64,000 nt of DNA, taken from positions 221,448-285,447 of the forward strand of contig JAFNEN010000097.1 of the NCBI GenBank assembly GCA_019343175.1, given 5' to 3'. Under the pieces are notes generated by a model that worked only from the letters and a program-made list of their open reading frames with translations, searched no databases and was not told the origin of the DNA. Made by a program: the position numbers and the translations under genes. The DNA is from Oedothorax gibbosus (lineage: Eukaryota). Below, in pieces: positions 13,620 to 24,640 of this stretch (the stretch's first letter is position 1; each line of letters opens with the position of its first letter).

Positions 13620-15654
13620 TAGTTGGCATATGTAAACAGACAAAAAGCGTGAATATCTACAACCTATGTTATACACATACCTTGTAGGTAATGCATAAAC
13701 CATGCTTTTGTTTCCCAATTCTTGATATTTAAATAAACTCGTTTAACTCAAAAACAATTTCACTAATTAGTCTTTCGGGATCTTAAGTTATAAAATATCC
13801 AGACTTTCCTTAAAGATTTCACTAGACATTTTTCCAAACCAAATTTGAATGAAAGGTTCAACGTAGTAAAAAACAACTAAGAATGATAAGTATTCTCAGT
13901 TTAAATAAGAATAAAATGTAGATAATAATAGATGATTAACTTAAAAAGTATACAAAAGCCACATTTTTTTTTACTTGAAGAGTTTTAAAGTTGTCTTTAT
14001 CAAAGAAAATGAGGGTAAAAAATGATGCCTGCACGATCCAATTATATGTTATTTTATTAGCACACTGAAGAGTCTACAGTGAATAAAAAGAATAATAGAA
14101 TTTTTCTGAATTAAATATGACTCTTTATTCATTGAGATAGCAGAAAAACAGGAAAGAAATAGAAGAGCTCTGGATAGAACAATTATATTCGTTTCCTTTT
14201 ATGTAGCTCGTAGAAGTTATGAGTTTCGGAAATTGAGTTAGAAATATCAAAAGCATTATCCTTCCTCTTATCTTTTTGGCTTTTAGGTCAATAAAGCAAA
14301 AAAAGGATTAACAAAAAATTGCAAACACACACTTTTTCATACATAGGTAGTATTCTAATTTTTATTAGTTGTATTTCAATTATAAATACTCAGTTAAGGG
14401 TTTCAATGCGAAATTATTCACTAATCGAAACTATAAAAAAATATTGTAATTCAATGGGCATGTCTTAAGGTCTTGCGTGGTAACAAAAATGTGAAATGAA
14501 ATAATTTTTTTCGGGCATCGATTGGTGCATATTAATGTTACGTGATAACAGAGTACCAATCGGAACACCGATCGAAGGAAAAGGGGTAATAAAAACTAGA
14601 AGGAAATACGTAACTGAAACAAGCCAATTGCTGTAAAGATTAGTTATAGATAAATGCTTGCATTATGTTACAACCATTTTCCCTTACTTTAATGATAAGA
14701 TGAATAATAAATTAATAAAATGTAATATTTAGAGCTTAAATGCTCTAAAATTTATCGTGTGTACCATCAATTCACGAATATTTCTTGTTATTTTATACTG
14801 ATAGTTTTAAATGTTATAAGACTGAGCTAATTCTAAAATGTTTCCGATTATGTTAGTAATTTTTTATGGAAATTTATTTGATCACGAATACTCAGACTGG
14901 TTCTGTTCTTTGCTGGTTAACTTTAGCCACCTATACGGAGAACTGTTTAGATTGTTAATAAAGTTTAATGTTTGGTTTAATGTGTTTAGACTGATATTAA
15001 AATATAAAGTACGTGTATTATGGATATTAATCAGTTTTTTTTTAGTAAATATTATCTCTTAGCTAGTATATATTTTAATTTATTTATGTTTTGTTATTGT
15101 ATTCTATCACACACGTCACGGTGTGACAAGACACAATTTGTGACGTGTTTGACTAAAAAAATACTTTTTTCCCCCAAAAAAATATTCTGATTTTTTAGCA
15201 TGTTTTTCAAGTTGAATAAGCTTATGAAAATCACATTGTGAAAATTATTATTTTGGGGTTTTTAGATTAAAAATTAAGTTTGTGTAACGTGCGGGACATT
15301 GGAAGTCCATACATGGTCTTTTTAGCATGATTAAAAGTTATAGAAAGTATCCAAAATAAAATGGCGAATATTTTTGGTTGCTTGTTATAATACATGTTAA
15401 TAATTCATTATTTGTTATGTTCATTGCAGTAAAAAAAAATAACTTCTTATAAAGAATGTATAAAAAATGACTTTTTGAAAGTGTACCAGTTTATTCCAAT
15501 TTTTTACTACCATTTTTTTACATTTAATCTTTTAGTCAGTTTAAAAAAAATATATATAGTTTTAAGTACTAAGTTAATTTTCCTGAAATTTTATCTAAAA
15601 TTGTTTTTTTTTTGTTCTGGGACCACTTTGCTGAAATGCCCAGCTTGGTTTCGA

Positions 15655-15900
15655 ATGGTTAATGTTTCTTAGTAGCTGCAACGGCTGCATGGTGAAATGT
15701 GTCACGATATTTTCGGTATTCGGTTGAACCATAGTTGCATTTTTCAGGTTTTTGAAATTAAAACCTGAGAAATGGTTTGACCGTATGCCAAAAATATGGT
15801 GAAACAGTTCACCACATATCCGTTGAAGAAACTAAAAGCATACTTTTAGTGAAACGATATAAGCCATATTTTTGCAAAATTCTTAACAGTGTTTTAAACA
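15655..15900. mobile_element. Partial copy of the MITE family seen at 28960-29224, lacking the left TIR
   Basis: The shared core cttagtagctgcaacggctgcatggtgaaatgt...ggttgaacca...aacagtgt aligns with 29026-29224. The TIR GTACACTGTTAAAAATTTGGTG is not detected at the left end. Confidence 0.45.
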
Positions 15901-18016
15901 GCCCAGGTATGAGATATCTGCAAAAGTAATTATTAAATGTTCACACATTTATATTCATTTCGATTCCCACAAAATTCCCTTTTTAAGTGATAAATGTAAG
16001 AAGCCGAATTTCCGCGTTCCAATCGCCGCCGCATTAGTTGATGTTCATTTCCATTTCCTATTCTATTTGATACTTAAATTAAATGTCGATACGAAAGCGA
16101 GACCCATTAATGCAACCAAAGAAGAACAAAAGTGGCGAAATCTTTCGTTCTCAAATAGCTGGCGGTGGTCATAAATGACTTGCTGTATCGAATAGAGTTT
16201 CATGGTGTTTCAGCTAATTTCATTTAGCCTTCAATTAATAGGCTTTTAACTGCACACAAGCGGCGAAATTGCAGTGCATTAGCAAGACAAATATCGATGG
16301 GCATAGCAGCCCATAGAATGTGTAATTGTTGTATCAAAAAGCTACCGTCTGATGCTTTGGATGTTAGTGTGGCGTGATGGTTTTAAATGTATTCTCTTTG
16401 ATCTAGGCACCTAAAGATATTAGGCATAGAAAGGGAGCAAGGTAATTGTGTTTAGCGTTTAGTCAGGACAGAAAGTAGAAAGGCTTCAGAACGTAAGGGC
16501 TAAAACATTTTCGGGACAACGACTTACAGTCTTAATCATCTCAAAGTGTGGAATTCCCTGGCGCTTTTGAAGGAGAATTTTCGGCGCTAAGTTCCGAAAA
16601 CTACTTTGGCAAAGAGCGCGTTTTAAATTATCAGAACAAATTGCAGCCTCATCGATATACGTGGACAGAAAGGAAAGCCGAGACTGATGTAAGGATTACC
16701 TGAGCAATTGAGATGCACAAGAACAACACTTAAAGACTTAATTGGAATAGTGGTACAATTCTTTTGCCAGAAATATTTACAGTTATATTTCTCACCATTG
16801 AAATAAAAATGAAGTAAAACGAAAGAGAATTGGAATTAAACAATGTGGAATATTTTACAGTTATACGACATATCCGATTAGAAGTTTTCTTTTAGATCTG
16901 TATGCTTAACAACGCCATATACTGACAGCAATCATTCTTGACAAAAACATTTTCTTAATTAACTACAAAAGTACATTTTATTCAATTTAAACATATGGTG
17001 TTTCGTTATTTTATCTGCCTTAAAACTGAAATGCACCTTGTCTTATAATTTTTTTATTGAATCACATATTTTGCTTTTCTTTATTTAAACATTATTATTA
17101 AAATTATACATCCCTGTTAGTAGAGCTTTTTGGTAGCTAAGTACTAAGACGGATTTTACTCAAATAAATCAAGCACATAAAACCTTCAACTTTTTTTTGG
17201 AGTTTTTTTGTTATTTTTACTGTGTTTTTGTTTGCGAAGTTTACTTTAAAATCATTTTTGTCAATACTTTTTCGCAATAAATTTCTGATGTTGTCCAATC
17301 AAACAACCTTTTAAATAACTTTATGATTTACAAGCTAATATTTTATGCAATACATACATATGTTGCGTGCTCATCTCACATCGAAACTTTTTAACCCGAA
17401 CTTATAATGGTTGTTTTTTATCGATCATTTGATCTTTAGTTTTATTCAAACAATAACAATCACTAATTTATGAAGAAAACGTATTATTAAAATTGCACTT
17501 ACTGAAACAATAAGTTATTCTTAAATCGAAAAATCCCGATATAGGATTAATAGAGGTAATTGGAATGTTGTTGAAATGTCTTGTGGGACAAAACAGTCTT
17601 AAAGTTTATTTGTGGTTTCTTTATTATTCTGAATTTGGTTTCTTTGTTATAATATAACAATTGCTTGCTCAAGAATGGAATATAAGTTAAAAAAAAATAA
17701 ATGCGAAAATAACGATCTGATTTCCCTAATGAAAAGAATTTAGTAAATAACTGAACAACATTAAAGTTAAAATAAGCAAATTCGAATGCTATTTAAATCT
17801 CTTTATACGATCTTTAATATAAAATACTTTTCATCTTTGAAAATACAAGGTTTAAAACTTATTTTTAGAAATTCGGTTTCTATATTTTTATATTTAATTC
17901 TAGAAATTTAATACCGCCCCCCCATTTCTAAGAAAATCATTCTTAGTTTGTTGCTATAAATGGAAAAGTTTCTAATATTACTTTTTTGTCCATTTATCTA
18001 TACTTAGCTAGTTATA

Positions 18017-18616
18017 CAGGGTGGCGCAAATAAAAGTGGCCCCGGCGTAGAGGTAAGAATACATTGAGATGCTTGGCGAAAAAAACTATTGAAGCCGTCT
18101 GAAAGCCTTCAAGTCGAAATAAAAGATTATTAAAGCGTGCAATGGCTTCACTTGGCAAACCTGTTTTTGCGTTGGTTGGATTGGATTAGCATCACATTAG
18201 AGCTACTCATGGACTATTGTCGAGTTCAGATCTTAGTGCGTATTATATGAAGACGACCAATTATGCAAATTTGTGTCTTGTAATCAATTTAAAATGTTTT
18301 GTATTAAAAAAAAATAAAGGTCCTATTCTATAGGACTATAAATATACTATTCTATAAATAACGGCTGAAATAATCACTAGCGGGATTTTATTTTTGATAG
18401 CTGTACAAACCTTTAGTTTATATTGCATTTCAACTAGCTTATCAAACCATATAATAGTTGCTGGCAAATAATTCGCCAAGCGTTTGTTTGGGCTTAATAT
18501 TAAAGCGATAAATAGCTTCACTTGGCAAACCTGTTTTTGCATTGGTGTTTGACTAGGAAACAATTCTATCTTATTCCTATCTCCATCACGGGGCCACTTT
18601 TATTTGCGCCACCCTG
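18017..18616. mobile_element. MITE (~600 bp) with 30 bp TIR CAGGGTGGCGCAAATAAAAGTGGCCCCG, TA-flanked, with an internal ~34 bp direct repeat
   Basis: The 5' end cagggtggcgcaaataaaagtggccccg and the 3' end cggggccacttttatttgcgccaccctg are perfect reverse complements. TA sits at 18015-16 and 18617-18. The direct repeat (at)ggcttcacttggcaaacctgtttttgc(g/a)ttgg occurs at 18144-18178 and 18505-18540. Confidence 0.8.
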
Positions 18617-20185
18617 TACAAAAGAATACCATACATTTTTGCTTTATATAGTTTTAAACACTGAATCTCTTTATTAGAGTCCTTCGTGCCTCAACTAATA
18701 TTCATGTATGCTCAGGAACATTTTTTAAAAATAAAACTTCTTCCGACGTTAAAACGATTTCGTAACGGCAAGGCAATGTTAAATTCATATCTTGTACATT
18801 GTTCCCATGCTTCATTATATAAAAAATCTAATCCAAAACATCGATTTTACGTTTGAAACCGAAATTAGATTTGGCCAGCTACACTACGCCAAGAAGAATT
18901 CCAGTCCGGATTTGAATCGATTTCCAATGAAAGTTAAAACAAAGCACTAGCATAACAAAGAGGCCGCCGAGTTACTAAGTCGGTTAAGGCACGCAATCCC
19001 TAGAAATCTCTCAAACAAAGATTACCTCGATTTTTTCCTTTGCCGATCCCAGGTTTTTTTTACTTCTAGAAGTCAAGTTCCTTGAAATCTAAAGGAAAAA
19101 ATAGGGGAGATTTATTGTAATTTATAAATAAAGTAGAATGTTAGTAAAGGATCATACTGTATACGATAGTGGGGCTTATTTTCATTTAAAAAGAGAGCTT
19201 TTTCTCAGTACAAGTTTTAAGTATTTTTCGGAAGTAATCGATATTTTTTCTATGTGTAACAATTCATTTCATAAATAGAATAGGCGAAGATAAATGAAGG
19301 GTATGAATTTTAATTTTTTTCAGTCTTCGCGATAATTTTTTTTTTGCGAAATGTTAAAAAAAGATTTATTCACTTTTTTGCACTCCGATTTACTTTTTAA
19401 TTGAGACATTTGCATGAAATAGATTTTCATATATTGTATTTTTAATACGATAATTACTTAATAAAAATATTCTAGTATAATGTTATTTGAATGAAAATGT
19501 TAAAAAGGTAAAATCACATCTCACATTGCGAGGAAAAGTGAGGAATCACCCATGTTAAATTAATCCGAGATCAGTCACATTTTCATGCACTGTAAAATAT
19601 ATATTTATACCTTAATATAAAAGAGCAAAAATCCTATGCTTTAAGATTAGATGCTAGCTTTTTTTACTACGGAGAAAATAAACAGTCCACGCTTGCTAAA
19701 CAGAAGTAATAGTTTCAAGTATACAAGTCGGATTGTCGAAAGTTTCCGATAATTAAATGTGGATTGGTTGGCTTTGAAATACGTTGCACTACAGCGTTCC
19801 TGTTCCGTGTCAGTGGTTTTGGTGTCTACGAGTAATTATTAACATCTTACGCATTCCCGACGAAGTCTTTCTAGAGGTTTAGTTTATTTTAAACCGCTCT
19901 CCCCCAAAATAAAGTTTTTTATTATTTAAAAAATAAATTTTTCAAAATATCAATATCATATTGTTGAAAAGGCATTTAAAAGTGGTTTTTTTCGCAGTTC
20001 AAAGTAGCCCCTTTCCTAAATCGCGACTTTTATTCTCGCAAATAGCCCTGAACCATAGCTCGGACATCAAACGTTCTAGTTCGTGAATAAAATATTAACT
20101 AAGGCCCGTCGGTGTATCGACGGAGAATTCGAATTAGCACCGTTTGGAAACGAAAGCATGGAATGTAATGCTTTGTCCGTTACAA

Positions 20186-20537
20186 ATGTTTTTAGGATGA
20201 TTCTATCTCGCCTATGTTAATTTTCCTAACTTTAGGATTATTTTTCTCAAGAACTATATGAGATATCATTATAAACTTTTTATATTTTGTCCCTTACATA
20301 TAGCTCTGATTTAAACTGAGAATATTGCAATAGTATAAACAAATACTTTTACAGTGATGTTTTTAAATATGCATTAAAAAAACAAAAAAATAGTTATAAT
20401 TTTTTTTAAGCAGAGATATTTAAAATTCTTCAGTTTAAATCTAAAAGTTATATATAAGAAACAAAATATAAAAAAGTTCATAATGATATCTCATATAGTT
20501 CCCGAGAAATTTTTTCCTAAAGTTAGAAAAATTAACG
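20186..20537. mobile_element. Foldback MITE with ~75 bp TIRs, same family as 39284-39840
   Basis: The stretch ttaattttcctaactttaggattatttttctcaagaactatatgagatatcattataaactttttatattttgt at 20218-20290 is the reverse complement of 20458-20535. The outer end atctcgcctatgttaatttt matches the end of the copy at 39.8 kb. Confidence 0.7.
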
Positions 20538-20546
20538 CGCGCTGGA

Positions 20547-20930
20547 CCGGGGTTCTCCAAAGCAAAGTGCATCAGTGTTAATCCTATGGCGAAAAAAATA
20601 TTTTCTCTGCTACATTTCTCCGGCTGTATTGAAAATTTTTACAAGCGGATTTTTTTATGTGATAAATGTAGCTGACTTACAGGTCCCGACCTTCCCACTT
20701 TTTGAAATTGGTTCGAATATTTTTTTAAATTTTCAATAAATAATTTTACACAAAATATTCAAAGCAATTTCAAAAAAGTGGGAAGATAGAGACTTGTAAG
20801 TTATCTACATTTATTATTAAAAAAAAAACCGTTTGCAAAAATATTCAATACAGCCGGAGAAATGTGGCAGAGAAAAGTTTTTTCGCCATTGGATTAACAC
20901 TGAGGCACTTGAGTTTGGAGACCCGTGGTA
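20547..20930. mobile_element. Second foldback element with ~165 bp arms and a ~40 bp loop, directly abutting the previous one
   Basis: The arm 20550-20715 (ggggttctccaaagcaaagtgcatcagtgttaatcctatggcgaaaaaaatattttctctgctacatttctccggctgtattg...) is the reverse complement of 20775-20928 (...caatacagccggagaaatgtggcagagaaaagttttttcgccattggattaacactgaggcacttgagtttggagacccg). Confidence 0.7.
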
Positions 20931-22421
20931 AATTACGCCCATTCCCCCTTAATACAATCCATTTTGATATGGTGCCATTTATCCAAAGAACATTGTCAAA
21001 TTATACGTGCGTGGAAAATGAAGCTTGTGCTAAGTGAGCTTTAGTCGGAGAAGCTATTCTATTTGTGTGCTCAGAAAAGTGTGAATAACAAATATATTCA
21101 CTTTTGAAAAACTTTCTTAATTAAATCTAAAAACCTTAATTAAAAGTTGAAGTTGTTTTACCATCTGTGGATTTTTAAATTCGGAATATCACTGAAAATG
21201 ATGTCCAACTCCAATACCGTCCACTGTACACATAAAATGACTAACTAATAATCACATAAAATTTCTAAAATTTTTGTATTTAAAAGTTGTAAACTCTTTG
21301 TAAACATTTACCGTTATTACGAAATAATAAATGATTGCACTGTACTTAAATTCAATTTTGCAAATTTTTGGGAAAATTTGGTATTGTATTTTAACCATAA
21401 AAATACATAAATAAACTTAAAATTATAATTTGTCAGTTTGTTAACAAAATATATTTATTAAAATTATAGCGAAATTGAATTGAAAGTGTTATTTTGTATT
21501 AATTTATTTTTATAATAAATGTATTATGATAAGAAAAAATATGTTTGGATTTATTTCATTTCAAATAAAGTAGTTTTAATAACTATTGAAAACTAAATTT
21601 ATGATTTCCATATTTCAAGATAAAAAAAAATATTAAGTCTGGATAATAACTAATTTTCTAGAATCAGTTAACTTTCTCCTTTCAACTTTATGTCTACGAA
21701 GTTTATCTTTTGGCGAAATATTAAAATTAAACACAGAACTTGTACAAACACCAAACTTATACACACAAACCTTTCCTTTCACAGTCACAAAAAAAAAAAC
21801 GAAATTTAATAAATCATATTCGATTTCTAAATACATCTCATTACTCAAACAAAATGCAAATTACGCCTTTGTAAAATATTTATTTCATCTCGAGTGTCCC
21901 AGCGAAACTAAATAATTAAATGCTAATGCTGAGATACTGCGAATATTTTAAGCCGAAAATAGCGGACTATAGTGCCTAGGGCCCCCAAGCTCCTATCCTT
22001 TGAATTGAAACCCAAAGAGAATCAATACAATTTATCCGCTCACTACCCTGAGATCTTCGGGACGGTTGGTGGTACCCTAGGGACGGTATCCGATAGTAGA
22101 GGCACAATTCTTTTAGCGGAAGTAGGGAATACAATACATGTATTTCGGAGTTCTTTTCTCCTGTTCTTGAACTGAAAAATGAGCGAGAATAGTTCGTCCT
22201 TCAATTTTGAAAAGTTATATTGATTATGTCAATCGCTCTTTTTTCAATGTGAATCTGTTCTTTTACGATATTGTTATTTTAGAATACATTTTTTTCGATA
22301 GAACGTTCTGTTGGGTTTAACCCATTGACGACGTATTTGGGAATACCTTTAACAACTATTTTTTACCGAATAAAAAGTTTACTTTAATTTTTAAAAATTC
22401 GTTTTTCGTGTAACTTGTTGT

Positions 22422-23560
22422 TGTTGCATGCCCCCGGAGGCCAGCAGTGCTAGATCAGGTCCATGACATCGTACACCCTCAGCAAGTCCAACACCATTAA
22501 AGGGTCGTCGTCTAAATCCTGTTTGGAGAGCCCCAGGCACGCGAGTATGTGATCAGGCGAAGCCTGCTAAAAAAAACAGTTAGAACAAATTTCGAAGCTC
22601 CTGGATCCCTCATTAAATTTCAATGTCTTAAGGTGGCCATTTCGAAAGCGGGCAAGAGCAGTTTGATCCTGTCTATTAAAGCCAGGAGCAAGGGAGCCTC
22701 CAGGACGCGAACATTGATACCAATGGTGAACTGGGGGGAAATTCCAAGTGGTCCTGTTCTTGTGTTTAATCTTTGAAGGAATCTCCGAAAAGGTGAGAGG
22801 CGCTGACGGAACAGAGGCCTCGCCAGCACCAGCCTTTGCTAAATTGTCCGCGATCTCGTTCCCCTCAATATCGACGTGGGAGGGGATCCACTGCAGATGA
22901 ATCTGATGAGACATGGAAAGCCGTTTTAACTTAAGAATTGTCACTCCCACATTGTCTCTCACACCCTGCCAATCTCTCAGGCGCTGTAATGCGCTTCTGC
23001 TATCAGACAGAATCCAAATTTCGTTTTCATGGGGAAGAGACGCAAGAAGACCAAGGGCTTCGTCGATGGCTATCAGTTCACTGCGAAAAACTGAGCCGTA
23101 GTCAGGATTTTTCCTCTGTATCCTTAAGTCATGGCTTTGACATTTGATGTAAATTCCACTGCCAGATCGGTTATAGTCATCTCTGCTGCCATCCGTGTAG
23201 ACCTGAATGGCATCATTTGGAATCTCTCCGATTCTCTCAAGAGCAAGTTGCTTTAGAAAGACCGGAAGATCTGTTTGTTTATTGACATGTACTGGTGATT
23301 CAGTATGGAAAAAGACGTGGATCATCAACCGGGTCGAGGCACTGTGCTAGGTGATGCGGCTCCACTGCACCATCAACAAGATTAAAAGTAACCAATTGGC
23401 TGAAGGGACTGTGTCTCTTGAGTCTCTGATTATTACGCCAGTTTTTGAAGTAGGTGGCGGTGCGATTGTATGAACCTAGAGCACTTAGTTTGTTGTAGTA
23501 TTTTGATAGGCAGGCATGTCTCCAAAGTTCGTGTAACTTAATTTACTCAACATAAATTGT
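22422..23560 (-). mobile_element. 5'-truncated non-LTR retrotransposon (LINE) copy with an RNase H domain, Cys/His C-terminus and (CAA)n 3' tail
   Basis: The 253-aa minus-strand ORF 22567-23328 contains VYTDGSRDD, SVFRSELIAIDEALGL, ILSDSRSALQRL and HLQWIPSHVDIEGNEIADNLAK, a canonical RNase H domain as found in I/R1-type LINE ORF2. It is followed by a C..C..H..C-type tail. The (GTT)n run at 22422-22431 is (CAA)n on the minus strand and marks the 3' end. GC content stays elevated to ~23560 and then drops abruptly back to AT-rich. Confidence 0.8.
22567..23328 (-). pseudogene. LINE ORF2 C-terminal fragment (RNase H plus zinc-knuckle region), truncated at the 5' end
   Basis: It starts mid-domain, and neither reverse-transcriptase nor endonuclease motifs are present upstream. 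The motifs are as listed for the element above. Confidence 0.75.
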
Positions 23561-24087
23561 TCCGTACAATGGTCTTCGTTTTGTTTAATTAGATAAACTT
23601 AAGCAGGAATCTTTTTTCTCATGGAAAATGTTCTTGCAGATAGCCGTTAATGAGTATAACTATTTATAATCTTCATATGTCGTTTTTGTTTTCATTTGTG
23701 ATTTTTCCTAATTGAGAAATATGTTATGTTTAAATTTAATGTATGTTCTAGTAATATTATTTATTGAAGTATTTGAAGTTTCTTTTCGTGGAAATAATAA
23801 ATTGGAAAATTAGTCGAGAAAAAGTTTAGAGTTACAAAAATACTTCATAAGTTTTACTTAAACTTACGTAAGGAATACGGCATATATTGATAAAAAACAC
23901 TTATCTCTGTGCTTAGAAACATATTATGCTAAACGTGACGTGTACACGAAGCTAGCTCACATTCACTCTGCTTGGTGAAGTCAACATGCCTATTAACTTG
24001 CGTTGAATGTCAAAGTTTTGACATGACCGTAGCTTAAAAATGTGAGGCGTATAAAAGCTCTTTTCAAAAGCTCGAAATAGTCATCTA

Positions 24088-24320
24088 CAGTCCCTGGACA
24101 AATTGTTAGACGCACTGCAAGATTTCATGTATCAATCAATAATGAACAAAATACCTTTAGAAGGACATTTGTGTTCCTATACTTAAGCTATTGAATAGAA
24201 AATACTATCTGCTATACTTAATACATATATCGACATCTTTTTTAATGATATGACATTCTTTGGTATGTTTTCCTCATTACTAAAAAAATATAGTGCGTCT
24301 AATAATTTCTCCAGGGACTG
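24088..24320. mobile_element. 233 bp MITE derived from the Tc1-like family at 13071 and 36830 (both TIRs present, almost no internal sequence)
   Basis: The 5' end is cagtccctggacaaattgttagacgcactgcaagatttcatgta and the 3' end is tagtgcgtctaataatttctccagggactg. TA sits at 24086-87 on the left. The right end abuts (GTT)n directly. Confidence 0.8.
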
Positions 24321-24640
24321 TTGTTGTTGTTGTCTTGTCTATGGATAGGTTGAGGTATTAGATGTGACCGTGTGTGTTCCACACAGCCTCAGCAATCTGA
24401 AGGCAGTTTTGGGAGTAAAGGTCATCTAGCGGAGAGTCACTAATCTGTTGCATTTTTGCAAGGATGGCTGGACATGAGAAAATGTGTGTTGGACTTAGTT
24501 CTATGTCGAGGCAGATTTTGCAGGTGGGGTATTTTCTGGAGCCGTCTGGCTGGATTTTCATTCCTCCCAGATGTCCAGTTCTCAGGGACTGTAGAATCAT
24601 TATGAAATACTTAACTTTTTTATGAAGAAAGGACAAAAAA
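24321..24640 (-). mobile_element. Short, heavily 5'-truncated copy of the same LINE subfamily as 33995-35714 (zinc-knuckle C-terminus plus (CAA)n tail)
   Basis: The minus-strand ORF 24358-24636 reads ...CKICLDIELSPTHIFSCPAILAKMQQISDSPLDDLYSQNCLQIAEAVWNTH*, which is homologous to CPNCPGVQLSPQHIFGCPAIQARLF...EEIAKAVYDSF* at 35480-35650. The run gttgttgttgttg at 24321-24333 is (CAA)n on the minus strand. Confidence 0.7.

Noticed and set aside
23329-23560. Extending the LINE ORF2 call upstream into reverse-transcriptase motifs
   Set aside because: Translation of the minus strand gives …KYYNKLSALGSYNRTATYFKNW… with no clear RT or thumb motifs. I include it in the element span on the basis of composition but do not call coding sequence there.
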